Part shown: one piece after another, positions 1 through 8,794 of the stretch
How positions within the stretch are numbered: the stretch's first letter is position 1
Layout of the letters: each line of letters starts with the position of its first letter
Source of the DNA: a virus
Taxonomy: Duplodnaviria > Caudoviricetes
DNA: 37,628 bases
IMG/VR virus record: IMGVR_UViG_3300020045_013066
Coordinates: 1 to 37,628 of that record
Strand: one strand, 5' to 3'
Notes under the pieces: model-generated
What the model saw: the letters and a program-made list of their open reading frames with translations, nothing else
What the model was told of the DNA's origin: nothing
The model's database searches: none
Made by a program: the position numbers and the translations under genes

Positions 1-220
1 TAGCATTGGAATTCTTTATATTAAATTCATTATTGATTTTTGCGGCTGAAATATTGTAGTTTTTACGGATTTGCTGATTTGCCGCAGTTCTGGCCTGTGA
101 AGCAGACCTATTCAAAGCACGGGAAACGGCCTGATTAAGAATATCGCCCGAAACGTGGCTATACTCCTTTTTTATTTTTTCGATCGCGTCCTGTACGCTT
201 TTAGGGCTTATTTCTATCAT
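1..220 (-). CDS. Minor tail protein, lambda gpZ-like (runs off window edge)
   Basis: Not in ORF track; translated by hand: MIEISPKSVQDAIEKIKKEYSHVSGDILNQAVSRALNRSASQARTAANQQIRKNYNISAAKIN...; the A-x-x-RALNR-x-A...IR-x-x-Y-x-I pattern is typical of gpZ family. Confidence 0.65.
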   Translation of the reverse strand, partial: MIEISPKSVQDAIEKIKKEYSHVSGDILNQAVSRALNRSASQARTAANQQIRKNYNISAAKINNEFNIKNSNA

Positions 221-224
221 TCAG

Positions 225-232
225 TAAATGTA
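225..232 (-). promoter_or_regulatory. -7 element variant TACATTTA, 4 nt before ATG at 220
   Basis: Resembles Bacteroidota TAnnTTTG; lies just after a terminator. Confidence 0.5.
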
Positions 233-247
233 AAAAAAATACAAACT

Positions 248-279
248 AAAAACCTGCCATCGTTAATACCGATAGCAGA
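248..279 (-). terminator. Intrinsic terminator
   Basis: Minus strand CTGCTATCG-GTATTAA-CGATGGCAG followed by GTTTTT. Confidence 0.6.
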
Positions 280-286
280 TTATTTT

Positions 287-565
287 TTAGAAGTTTTCGT
301 GAAGAATAGGAGTTCCTTTGTCGTAAACTTTTGTGAAATCAGAAATTCCGTTTGGAAAATCTTCGGGATCATTTTTGATAGCGCTTAACGCTTCTGTTTC
401 AGGAATACATCCTTCGTCGTGGTTATCGCTTATGTAATGATTTTCCGTAAGCTGCTCGGCGCTAATATCCGAAATTGCTTCGGCTTCACGCCAAAGGATA
501 ACATTTTTTGGCCATTCTGATTCTGGTAAGCTATTTCCAAAATCGATTAATTGTTTCCAAGTCAT
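287..565 (-). CDS. Hypothetical phage protein (likely start MTWKQL at 565)
   Basis: ORF track 287..592; in-frame ATG at 565 after an A/T-rich leader. Confidence 0.6.
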   Translation of the reverse strand: MTWKQLIDFGNSLPESEWPKNVILWREAEAISDISAEQLTENHYISDNHDEGCIPETEALSAIKNDPEDFPNGISDFTKVYDKGTPILHENF

Positions 566-611
566 AATTATTATAGCAATGATTCCTTGCAATCGGGTTT
601 TAATAGTTGTT

Positions 612-1307
612 TTATGATGTTACGCCGCTATCTGTTTTGGCGTTTCTATTGGAATCGGTCCAAGTATCGTCGCGGCCGTCTTTGTGCTCATTAACCCAAT
701 TTTCCATATATTCACATAATTGGGCGTGCCAAATCCGTTGGCCTTCTACCGGTTTCCAGTGTTTGGATTCTGATTTCTTCGCATTTCGCAGATATTCCTG
801 TATTTCACCTGTTGCGTTCACCATTGGAAGATAAAGCCATCTTGGCGTATAGCAAAACGCCAGTTTGTCGGCAAAACATAGCTTCGAAGGCGGTGCATTG
901 TGTTTTTTGGCATAGTATCGCGAATGGTACATCGAAAAATCACGCCAATATGTAGAACGCACCCAACGGGTAAAATGAACTGCGGGACCTGCTACAGATT
1001 TCATTTTCCAACCTTCTGACAAAACATTGTAAATTTCTTCTTCAGAAGCATATAGAATAATTTTCTTTTCTAATTTAAATCCGTCGAATAAATGCATAAG
1101 CATAGCACCTAATTCCACATGGGTTTCACCTTCCGGACCGTCCATGTTGGGTTTACCCCAATAGCCTAAATCGTGAACAAAAAAAGCGATCCAGATTCGC
1201 AGATCCAACGGGAAACCATATAGCTTCGTCCAAGCTACAGCAACAAATATCGGGTGCAATAAAAAGCAGTGAGCACCGAATAAAACAGATTTAGTTCCTA
1301 TCTTCAT
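612..1307 (-). CDS. HD-domain-like metal-dependent phosphohydrolase
   Basis: Ordered motifs H...VHDLGY...ETHVELGA...YHSRY...ADKLA. Confidence 0.55.
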   Translation of the reverse strand: MKIGTKSVLFGAHCFLLHPIFVAVAWTKLYGFPLDLRIWIAFFVHDLGYWGKPNMDGPEGETHVELGAMLMHLFDGFKLEKKIILYASEEEIYNVLSEGWKMKSVAGPAVHFTRWVRSTYWRDFSMYHSRYYAKKHNAPPSKLCFADKLAFCYTPRWLYLPMVNATGEIQEYLRNAKKSESKHWKPVEGQRIWHAQLCEYMENWVNEHKDGRDDTWTDSNRNAKTDSGVTS

Positions 1308-1434
1308 TTTCTGTTGATTTTGTTGGATTGTTTTTATAGAATTCCTTAACTGCTTCGTCCCATGTATTATCGCGAATCGAAGAACATATTTGCGTAGTTT
1401 CGTCGCTGTGGTCCTGTTTTGGTGTCTGGTTCAT
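1291..1434 (-). CDS. Small hypothetical protein (MNQTPKQD...)
   Basis: Fills the gap between flanking genes; ATG at 1434. Confidence 0.4.
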   Translation of the reverse strand: MNQTPKQDHSDETTQICSSIRDNTWDEAVKEFYKNNPTKSTENEDRN

Positions 1435-1439
1435 AATTA

Positions 1440-1817
1440 TTATTTTGCTATTACTATTCCAAGTGCGATCGCCGCAGCCAATATAAGCCATTCATACCAC
1501 GGGCGATCCTTATCTTTAGCTTCCTGGTATTTAACGGATGTTTGAATATAACGATTATTTGCAACCGCTATACTATCGTTCTGGGCAGAAATCATTTTAA
1601 AAGCCTTCTGTACCGTTTCGTTTTGATCCGTAACGACTTTAAAAAGTCCGAAGGCTACATTACGAGCTGAATCCAGTTTTTGTTCGCACTGCTCACCACG
1701 TATTACTTTGGCATAAGCGGTGCGGATTTGGTTGTCGGTAATTGGGCGGGTGTTATTCTGTGATTTTACGGAACATGTAATCGACAGAAGTATCGCGAAT
1801 AACATTGTATTTTTCAT
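1440..1817 (-). CDS. Exported protein with C-terminal TM helix; spanin-like candidate
   Basis: N-terminal signal peptide (MKNTMLFAILLSITC), helical middle, C-terminal PWYEWLILAAAIALGIVIAK. Confidence 0.5.
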   Translation of the reverse strand: MKNTMLFAILLSITCSVKSQNNTRPITDNQIRTAYAKVIRGEQCEQKLDSARNVAFGLFKVVTDQNETVQKAFKMISAQNDSIAVANNRYIQTSVKYQEAKDKDRPWYEWLILAAAIALGIVIAK

Positions 1818-2064
1818 CTGGTAAGTTTTTAATTAATTCGGTGGCTATTTCAGTGCTTTTATAGCTGTTTTCTGAAGCGGTCGCAATTGTAGTGGTGCGA
1901 TTATTGGTAAGAGTGTCAACAATCTTTTTAGCGGTGTCTTTATTGGATTCTGCGGCTTTAATGTCGTTGGAATCAAAAACACCAATAGCGTATAATACAG
2001 CAAACGCAGCGACAATTCCAATAACAACCAACAGCCACGCAGGTATAGTAATGGTTTTTTTCAT
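1753..2064 (-). CDS. N-terminally anchored membrane protein; i-spanin-like candidate
   Basis: Single N-terminal TM helix, overlaps the downstream gene by 65 nt. Confidence 0.5.
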   Translation of the reverse strand: MKKTITIPAWLLVVIGIVAAFAVLYAIGVFDSNDIKAAESNKDTAKKIVDTLTNNRTTTIATASENSYKSTEIATELIKNLPDEKYNVIRDTSVDYMFRKITE

Positions 2065-2100
2065 GTTAATTTTTGGTTAGATTAATACTTTTTATTTCAG

Positions 2101-2108
2101 CAAATATA
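2101..2108 (-). promoter_or_regulatory. Bacteroidota -7 promoter element TATATTTG
   Basis: Exact TAnnTTTG in an AT-rich intergenic gap upstream of 2064. Confidence 0.7.
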
Positions 2109-2142
2109 AACATTAAATTTAATATTCAAAATATTTTATAAA

Positions 2143-2889
2143 TTATCTGTCTTCTGGCGGTGTTTTAAGATTGGCGTATCGGGTTCGGGTGTAATCTATA
2201 TGTAAAAACGTTTCGTTACGTCTGGAAAGTTCTACTTCACCCGAAATAAGTTCGTCCAGGGCTTCGTTACAGCCTTCCTGTGTATCGTAATCGAATTTAC
2301 AGCCATAGTTATCTGGCGAACGTTTTCTTTCCCAGAAATCGACTAACGAATATACACATTCATCCTTCAGCGCTTCGTAAGCGGAATCGATTGTTAAATA
2401 TGCCTGCATTTCTACTTTGAAACTCAAAAGATCGTAATCGTGTTCTTTGTTTAATTTTCGGACGCAAACAGCGTAACGATCTGAAATGGCTTTTATTTCA
2501 TACGGAATAATTTCGTTTTCGAAATAAATCTTATCGAATTGGTAAAGATTCCTAATTCTGGCGTTATGTGCCATCATTTTTTTGGATTCGCATAATTGGC
2601 AGAAATTATCGTACGCCCATTCTACACCCGCACCAGGTACTTTTCCGCAACCCTTACAAATCCAGGTCTTAAAATATTCCATCATTGCACCGTAACAGTC
2701 GGTGCAAAGCCAGTTACTATCGGAATCACTTTGCATTAAATCCATGTCAAAACTTTTACCGCAGCCTTCGCATGAAATATAACATTCGCAGTCTTCAGGA
2801 CGTTTCGGTTTATGATTAATGAAATAAATAAGAAATGAAATTGCGACTATTACCGCTAAAATCAATAATAAAAAATGGGTTGTTGTCAT
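2143..2889 (-). CDS. Membrane-anchored Cys-rich (zinc-finger-like) hypothetical protein
   Basis: N-terminal hydrophobic helix followed by four CxxC pairs (CEGC, CTDC, CKGC, CQLC). Confidence 0.6.
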   Translation of the reverse strand: MTTTHFLLLILAVIVAISFLIYFINHKPKRPEDCECYISCEGCGKSFDMDLMQSDSDSNWLCTDCYGAMMEYFKTWICKGCGKVPGAGVEWAYDNFCQLCESKKMMAHNARIRNLYQFDKIYFENEIIPYEIKAISDRYAVCVRKLNKEHDYDLLSFKVEMQAYLTIDSAYEALKDECVYSLVDFWERKRSPDNYGCKFDYDTQEGCNEALDELISGEVELSRRNETFLHIDYTRTRYANLKTPPEDR

Positions 2890-2906
2890 TGGTATTTAGT
2901 TTAAAA

Positions 2907-3452
2907 TTATTTCTTTTTGTTCATTTCCACATCGTTACTTATCCACGACTGTTGATCCTGTATTAACCGGAATGTTCTAACTGCGGCGAAATTTGTAAGT
3001 TTCAAGTGCTCAAACTTTAAACCGAATTCGCTTCCGCTTAATTTCGTTACGCACGCCTTTTCTATACTGTCGGAACTTATGTAGGCCAAATCGTTTGCGT
3101 AAACGTAATCGCTTATTTCTGCCATCGCCATACTGGCGACAGTGGTTTCCGGGTGGAATAGCGTCTGGTAAAGTTTTTCTATGTCGTCAATCGAATAACC
3201 CAGTACGCTATTTATCGTAACGGTTTTGCCATCTTTTGTCGTAAGTGTCTGCATTCCTAAATTAACGATACGAAGGCGGCATTCCTGTACGTAAACGCTA
3301 TCGATATAAGGAATCCGGAAATAAATACCGCCTACCAGTTTTTTTATGGTTTTTCCGCTGCGAACGCGAATACCTTGTTCCCAGGGTTGGATAATAATCC
3401 ATACTTTGATCGCATTAAAAATGTATTCGAAAAACTCTTTAAGTTGGTTCAT
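2907..3452 (-). CDS. SPFH/Band 7 domain protein
   Basis: IIQPWEQGIRVRSGK...GIYFRIPYIDSV...QTLTTKDGKTV motifs. Confidence 0.8.
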   Translation of the reverse strand: MNQLKEFFEYIFNAIKVWIIIQPWEQGIRVRSGKTIKKLVGGIYFRIPYIDSVYVQECRLRIVNLGMQTLTTKDGKTVTINSVLGYSIDDIEKLYQTLFHPETTVASMAMAEISDYVYANDLAYISSDSIEKACVTKLSGSEFGLKFEHLKLTNFAAVRTFRLIQDQQSWISNDVEMNKKK

Positions 3453-3455
3453 TTG

Positions 3456-3824
3456 TTACCATTTAGCCGATAACGGCGGTTTATTGTATTGCCAGTGTGT
3501 AATCTTTTGCGGGAAATCCTGGAGGCGACCACGGTAACTTTGCGTAATGCCTTCGGAAATAATCCAGAATTCGTCGGAATGGGCGGGCGGGCGGGTGTCC
3601 TGGGTTATCTTATTCCAGTTGTTGTTATGTTCGATTCCTACCAGTACCAAAGGGCGCCAGAAGACGTTCGGTGCGCCTGGTTTACCAATTGCATCAAATT
3701 CCCGCCACTTTTCCGCTGCGTCGTACTGCGTGTAACCGTTTTGGTCTATTCCAAACATATTGGCGAAGTATTCCAAGTGCGGACCGTACGCGGAATCGAT
3801 TCTGTTAAGTTTTGCGGGATCCAT
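3456..3824 (-). CDS. Hypothetical phage protein with DUF551-like C-terminal ITHWQ motif
   Basis: ORF track; C-terminal KITHWQYNKPP. Confidence 0.55.
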   Translation of the reverse strand: MDPAKLNRIDSAYGPHLEYFANMFGIDQNGYTQYDAAEKWREFDAIGKPGAPNVFWRPLVLVGIEHNNNWNKITQDTRPPAHSDEFWIISEGITQSYRGRLQDFPQKITHWQYNKPPLSAKW

Positions 3825-3835
3825 TATTCGGAAAA

Positions 3836-3843
3836 CAAAGATA
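3836..3843 (-). promoter_or_regulatory. -7 promoter element TATCTTTG
   Basis: Exact TAnnTTTG 11 nt before ATG at 3824. Confidence 0.6.
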
Positions 3844-3864
3844 TGTTATTCATAGATTTTATTA

Positions 3865-4335
3865 TTACTGGTTGGTTTTTAAAAATTGGTCTATCTGGTC
3901 GATTTCCTTGCTTTGATTGATAACCAAATGGCGTATTTCGTGGATCTGCTGTGCGGCCTGTTTAAATACCGGCATCGATTCCCGTTTCGAAAGACTACTG
4001 TCGAAGTCCTGGTGGCACGTTCCAGGATCCCACAGCCCGCAAAGTTTTATAATGTTCTGCGGGTTGGTGGAAACCTCAACGTGTAACCGTTTGGATAGGA
4101 TATGGGCGAAGTTACTTGCGTTGGGCGAATGCAGTACGCTTCCGCAGTTGTCGCACCGCGTGTCGACTTCCGAAGCTGCGGAGATCAATCCCTTAAAAAA
4201 TTGCGGATAACCCGCACGGTCGATCTGGCGCTTCTGCTTATTCTTTGCCGTCTGCTTCGCTATTGGCTTGCGTGGTGGGAAAACGTACTTCTTTTTTTCC
4301 TTCGGTTCCGGTTTGGGATCTGGTCTAAATGCCAT
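3865..4335 (-). CDS. HNH-like (NinG/Rap-like) nuclease
   Basis: CDNCG...FAHILSK...NIIKLC...CH pattern. Confidence 0.6.
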   Translation of the reverse strand: MAFRPDPKPEPKEKKKYVFPPRKPIAKQTAKNKQKRQIDRAGYPQFFKGLISAASEVDTRCDNCGSVLHSPNASNFAHILSKRLHVEVSTNPQNIIKLCGLWDPGTCHQDFDSSLSKRESMPVFKQAAQQIHEIRHLVINQSKEIDQIDQFLKTNQ

Positions 4336-5362
4336 CTTGTAAAAATAAGCTATCCTGTTCCACTACATTTTTAAATCTTTCGTTGGCTAACGATAAGTTT
4401 ATTTTTGCCTGTTTAAAGTAGGAATCTTTCAATTCAATACCTATGGCTTTTCTTCCCATTGAAACAGGGCTGTAAACTTCAGAACCAACGCCCATAAATG
4501 GCGTAAGAACAACTTCGCCGGGATTTGAATACAAATCTACAATTCTATCGATAACGTCTAATTGAAGCGGGTGTACGTGCTTTTCGTCGTCTTCCTCTTT
4601 AGAATCCCGAAACGGTAAAACATTGTCTATTCGGATATCGTCCCAAACACTCGAAGCGTAACGCTGCCAAATGTAGTGCGATAACTTATTACTTTTCGGG
4701 TCCGTGTGGTCGTCAAACTTCATTTTTAAGTATTCCCATAACTGGTCTTCATTGAAATTGGAACCGTTTGCGTTATTCCAGGCGCGTAAAATATTCGGAA
4801 TAATCGGAACTTCTCCGGCATAGTGTTTTAATCCGAACGGGTGCGTAACCGGAACTTTGTTTTCACCTTTTTTCGTAAATATAAGCATGTAATCCGGCAT
4901 AGCTGTAAAGCATTTCGCAGTATCTTCCACTATGAATTTGTGCATAAGGCTTTGAACCATAGTACGCATACGGACTTTTAACGGTTCCTTCCATATCGTA
5001 ATCCGGTTACGGTATTCGAAACCGTGTTTTTCATGTAATTTGATTATTTCGTGTGGAAAATCCCAAAGATGGCAGGTGTTATCGAAAACATCGGTACAGT
5101 GTACAGCATTTATACGCCCTGGTTTTGTAACCCGTGCCATTTCAGAAATCAAAAAATCATATTGTTCCAAAAACTGTTCTTTGCTTTCACAGTTGGAAAA
5201 ATCATTTTCGGACGAGCTGTAATTATACAATCCTGCAAACGGTGGAGAATATACCGATAAATCAATACTTTCGCTTTCCAACGTAGGCAATACTAACATA
5301 CAGTCAGAATTATATATGGCGTAATTCTCATTTACGAATTGATCCTTTACTTTATTTGTCAT
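4325..5362 (-). CDS. DNA methyltransferase, N4-mC/N6-mA family (beta class)
   Basis: Catalytic YSPPF near the N-terminus; SAM-binding TPFMGVGS and GIELK near the C-terminus. Confidence 0.9.
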   Translation of the reverse strand: MTNKVKDQFVNENYAIYNSDCMLVLPTLESESIDLSVYSPPFAGLYNYSSSENDFSNCESKEQFLEQYDFLISEMARVTKPGRINAVHCTDVFDNTCHLWDFPHEIIKLHEKHGFEYRNRITIWKEPLKVRMRTMVQSLMHKFIVEDTAKCFTAMPDYMLIFTKKGENKVPVTHPFGLKHYAGEVPIIPNILRAWNNANGSNFNEDQLWEYLKMKFDDHTDPKSNKLSHYIWQRYASSVWDDIRIDNVLPFRDSKEEDDEKHVHPLQLDVIDRIVDLYSNPGEVVLTPFMGVGSEVYSPVSMGRKAIGIELKDSYFKQAKINLSLANERFKNVVEQDSLFLQDGI

Positions 5363-5363
5363 T

Positions 5364-6740
5364 TTATAAGAAGTTTGGTTTTATTATTTCCTTGTTGAAA
5401 TCTTTGGTAACGTTTTCGAAGGTGCTGTTAACGTTTTCGGTAAGTTTCTGGTGCAATTGAATCGCTTTTTGTGTTTTCTGCTCTATCGTGTCCAGTACGC
5501 GCTGCTGTCCGTGCGAAACAATCAAATCGATGGTAACTTCGCGCTTTTGACCGAAGCGCCAAAATCTACGCAAAGCCTGGTAATATTGTTCGTAACTCCA
5601 GGTAGGCATAAATGTAGAATGGTTGCAGTGTTGCCAGTTCAAACCCATACCGGTCATTTTCGCCTTTGTAATAATCCGATCGATGTTTCCATTGGCGAAA
5701 TTCATAAGAATATCTTCTTTTTTGTCGATGGACATTTTTCCGATTATTTCGTAAGCATCCGGATCCAATTCTTTTAAAAGTGCTGATTCATCGTTAAGGT
5801 TGCACCAATACACAGAAACTTTATTTCCGGTCAAATTTACCGCTTCTTCGCAACGTTGTACGATGGTTTGTCTTTGCTCCACTTTTACTTCGGACATTGA
5901 CTTAGCTACGGCGTTAAATAATTGCTCCTGTCCGTTAATAATCAATTTTGACGGGTTTTCGACAGAATGTTTATTTATAATCAATTTCGGAAGAATAAAC
6001 CTATCGTTTGAAAATCCCAAATCTGAAGGCATTTTACACATAATCGACCACTGGTTAACCCAGGCGAAGAAATCCTTTTCCGCATGCGGTTTCAAATAAA
6101 ACTTTTCTCCAATGTTCCGGTTTGTACTGTCTACTGAATTCTGGTTATTTTTGAAGAACTTACCCAACATATCCATATAACCCATATAACCCAACGCTTC
6201 GGAACTGGTTCCCAATTCTATGAAATCGTTTGGACTGGGTGTCGCGGTAGACAGAAAACGATACGGTATTTTTTTGATAAACGAAGTTATCTGGTTTTTT
6301 ATTTTACCGTCGAAATTCTTCAAAATAGAACTTTCATCCAAAATAACGCATTCGAAGTCCCGGTGGTTCAAATAATGTAAACGTTCGTAATTACAAATAA
6401 CAATCTTTTTGGTAAATTTTCCATCTTTTGTTATCTGGATATCGTCGGTAATGTCGCGGTCTTCGGCTTCTTTTATGAATTGAAAACCAACGGCCAACGG
6501 CGTAAGTATCAGTACATTTTTATTTGTATGCTGAATGACGTTACGAGCGATAGAAATCTGGATCAGGGTTTTACCTAATCCAGTATCTACAAAATTTCCT
6601 ATTCGTCCTTTACGTACCGATTTTTAGATTATAAACTTTTGGAAATCAAATGCACAATCGGGAATAAAATTAGGCGTGAAGCCAAAATCACCTATAGAGT
6701 GCTTTTTCTTTTCCAAAAAATCTAAATATTCTTTGTTCAT
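5364..6740 (-). pseudogene. SNF2/DEAD-like helicase interrupted by an in-frame TAA at 6624-6626 (or a sequence error)
   Basis: Reading from ATG 6740: MNKEYLDF...FQKFII*KSVRKGRIGNFVDTGLGKT, continuing in frame into ORF 5364..6497 (DESS, SxTPSPND, QALRRFWRFGQ motifs). Confidence 0.8.
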
Positions 6741-6747
6741 ATTTACG

Positions 6748-7839
6748 TTATTGTGGAAATGATACAACCGGCTGCAACAGTCCGCGAATTCCTTCACTTT
6801 CCACTAAAACAGATTTTTTAGGTCCTACCAAATACATCGTAAAATCGCCATCATGTGCAGCAACCATATTTTTTAACTGTGTAGAATTAAAATAAATATC
6901 GATTGCTTCTCCTTCAAATTTTGCCGGGATTTCTTCCTTACCACCGTAGCCGAAGGCGGTGTTATCCATTGTCATTTTAAGAACCTCATCGGTAAACGAC
7001 ATTAACATTGCTTCGCAATTTTTTTCACTTAGCACAGAAATTCGTTTCAGTGCCGGAAGAAGGCCGTCTTTGTCGGTTGCGTATATAGTGGCCGAAGTTT
7101 TATCGATTCCGTTAAATAAGCGATCTACGTCCGGAATCTTACCTTCTGACAGTGTAATTATAAGATCTACGTCTTCGCCTTTTATACACATCGATTTATC
7201 GTTCCAGGACAACATAATTTCTTCCTGGGAAATAATGGAATTCTTAATGTAGTTCACTGAAGATTTTAAAAGAACGATTTCCGCGGCTTTTCCCATATAC
7301 GGAAGCGTTATTTCTATTCCGACGTGTGGATTAATGCCTACAATGGTTGTGGCCTTTTCGCCAACTTTTATAAATAAGTGCTTCAGAACGTCCGCACGGC
7401 CTTCGTCAACGAAAACGATTGCTTTTCCGATTGCTTCGACGAAATCTGCAGAATCCATAATAATACTGTCTTCGGGTTCAAAACCAGAACGGTTCGGGAA
7501 TTCCGCTGCATCAACTGTCGTTAAATTGAATTCACTGGATCCGCAGATAATTTTTGCGGCCGTTCCTTCCATAACAAATTCCACTGGCGCTTCCGGTAGC
7601 GATTTAACCATTTTGGATAATATAGCAAAGGGAATGCAGAAAACAGCATCAGAATCGCTTTCGACTTCAATACTTACGGTCGATCTTACTTCCAAATTGT
7701 CGATAGTTAGATTCATTTTTCCCGATGTTATTTCACAAAGCACGTTTTCCAGAATCGGAACGGTTGTAGGTTTCATAATCATACCTACGGAATTTAATGC
7801 GGTGGTAACTTTTTTTACTGTGGTTTTGATTGTTGGCAT
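6748..7839 (-). CDS. dnaN: DNA polymerase III beta sliding clamp homolog
   Basis: 363 aa; PILENVL, TIDNLE, LPEAPV, EFP, IYFNS..LK and C-terminal LLQPV match the beta-clamp pattern. Confidence 0.85.
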   Translation of the reverse strand: MPTIKTTVKKVTTALNSVGMIMKPTTVPILENVLCEITSGKMNLTIDNLEVRSTVSIEVESDSDAVFCIPFAILSKMVKSLPEAPVEFVMEGTAAKIICGSSEFNLTTVDAAEFPNRSGFEPEDSIIMDSADFVEAIGKAIVFVDEGRADVLKHLFIKVGEKATTIVGINPHVGIEITLPYMGKAAEIVLLKSSVNYIKNSIISQEEIMLSWNDKSMCIKGEDVDLIITLSEGKIPDVDRLFNGIDKTSATIYATDKDGLLPALKRISVLSEKNCEAMLMSFTDEVLKMTMDNTAFGYGGKEEIPAKFEGEAIDIYFNSTQLKNMVAAHDGDFTMYLVGPKKSVLVESEGIRGLLQPVVSFPQ

Positions 7840-7844
7840 AGGAA

Positions 7845-8159
7845 CTATTTTTTATATTGTTTTATGAAATTTTCTAACTCGTCGATTGGAATGTTTGCGA
7901 AATTTTCCTGTAGCAAATCGATAACCATTTCGTTTCTTAAATTGGCGTGTACACCTTCCAATTTAAAACCTACATTGTTATTCGCTGTAGAGTTTGCGTG
8001 TTGTTCGTCTTCCAAATCGGATTTAAGATCCCGAATTTTGTCTTCCAGATCGCCGATGTGATCCTTTACCATTTTTTTTAATTCTTCCTTTCTGGGCGTC
8101 CCAATTACGGAACAATGTTCTTCGATGAAATCGATTACATTTTTTGTTTTATCACTCAT
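7845..8159 (-). CDS. Hypothetical coiled-coil protein
   Basis: ORF track; tightly packed in the operon. Confidence 0.6.
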   Translation of the reverse strand: MSDKTKNVIDFIEEHCSVIGTPRKEELKKMVKDHIGDLEDKIRDLKSDLEDEQHANSTANNNVGFKLEGVHANLRNEMVIDLLQENFANIPIDELENFIKQYKK

Positions 8160-8169
8160 GGTTTTATTT

Positions 8170-8505
8170 TTAGGTATTTGTAAATAAATCGTTTTGGCAT
8201 TCTCTGTGTTGTCGCGTTGCTTCCAGTTCGCGGTTTTGGCGTTGGCGGTCAGAATATGCTTTGGAAATCCATTCGATAACTAAACGGCCGTTAGCCCTGG
8301 GTAAAGTTGATCTGGTGAATCCATTTTCCAATATAAGGCCATCTTTTTTCAGTTGTCGCATTACAGTTCCCCAATCGGAAAAGCTATTCTTCGGGTGCGC
8401 TGCATCAAACTTAATGCGTATGTCTTCCGAGCAGAACGGGCGAAACTTCAAACTTACATAGGTTTTTGCAAAATCGAACGCTTTAAGATAAACATTTTCT
8501 GGCAT
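8170..8505 (-). CDS. Hypothetical protein, possible winged-helix
   Basis: ORF track; WGTVMRQLKKDGLI helix followed by a beta hairpin. Confidence 0.55.
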   Translation of the reverse strand: MPENVYLKAFDFAKTYVSLKFRPFCSEDIRIKFDAAHPKNSFSDWGTVMRQLKKDGLILENGFTRSTLPRANGRLVIEWISKAYSDRQRQNRELEATRQHRECQNDLFTNT

Positions 8506-8517
8506 AATTCGAAATTG

Positions 8518-8772
8518 TTAAAATGTAACTATTTGTTCATCGTCCAGATATTGCGAATCCGTTACGCGGGCGGTTCCTTCGTTGTTGTCGATGTAATCAA
8601 CGGGCCAGGCCTTGTTCTTTTCTGGATTGCCTTTGCATATTTGCTCAGCTTCTTCGTGTGTGAATTGGTGAGCCTTTTCCAGTTTGGCGGTGTAACCATT
8701 TCTGTTCAACGCCCAGAAGAAAATAGAATTTCCTAAAAATCCGGCGTTGGTGTTTTGAATGTAGTATTTCAT
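8518..8772 (-). CDS. Hypothetical phage protein (likely start MKYYIQ at 8772)
   Basis: GNSIFFWALNRNGYT..LEKAHQFT..EA motif seen in small phage proteins; A-rich leader before 8772. Confidence 0.6.
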   Translation of the reverse strand: MKYYIQNTNAGFLGNSIFFWALNRNGYTAKLEKAHQFTHEEAEQICKGNPEKNKAWPVDYIDNNEGTARVTDSQYLDDEQIVTF

Positions 8773-8794
8773 CGTTTCGGTTTTTGATTTATTT

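Noticed and set aside
4325-5362. Complete restriction-modification system with the adjacent HNH protein
   Set aside because: The HNH protein looks like a NinG-type phage nuclease, and helicase-MTase pairs are common orphan phage modules
6624-6626. Stop-codon reassignment suggested by the in-frame TAA
   Set aside because: TAA terminates most genes here and other conserved genes are uninterrupted
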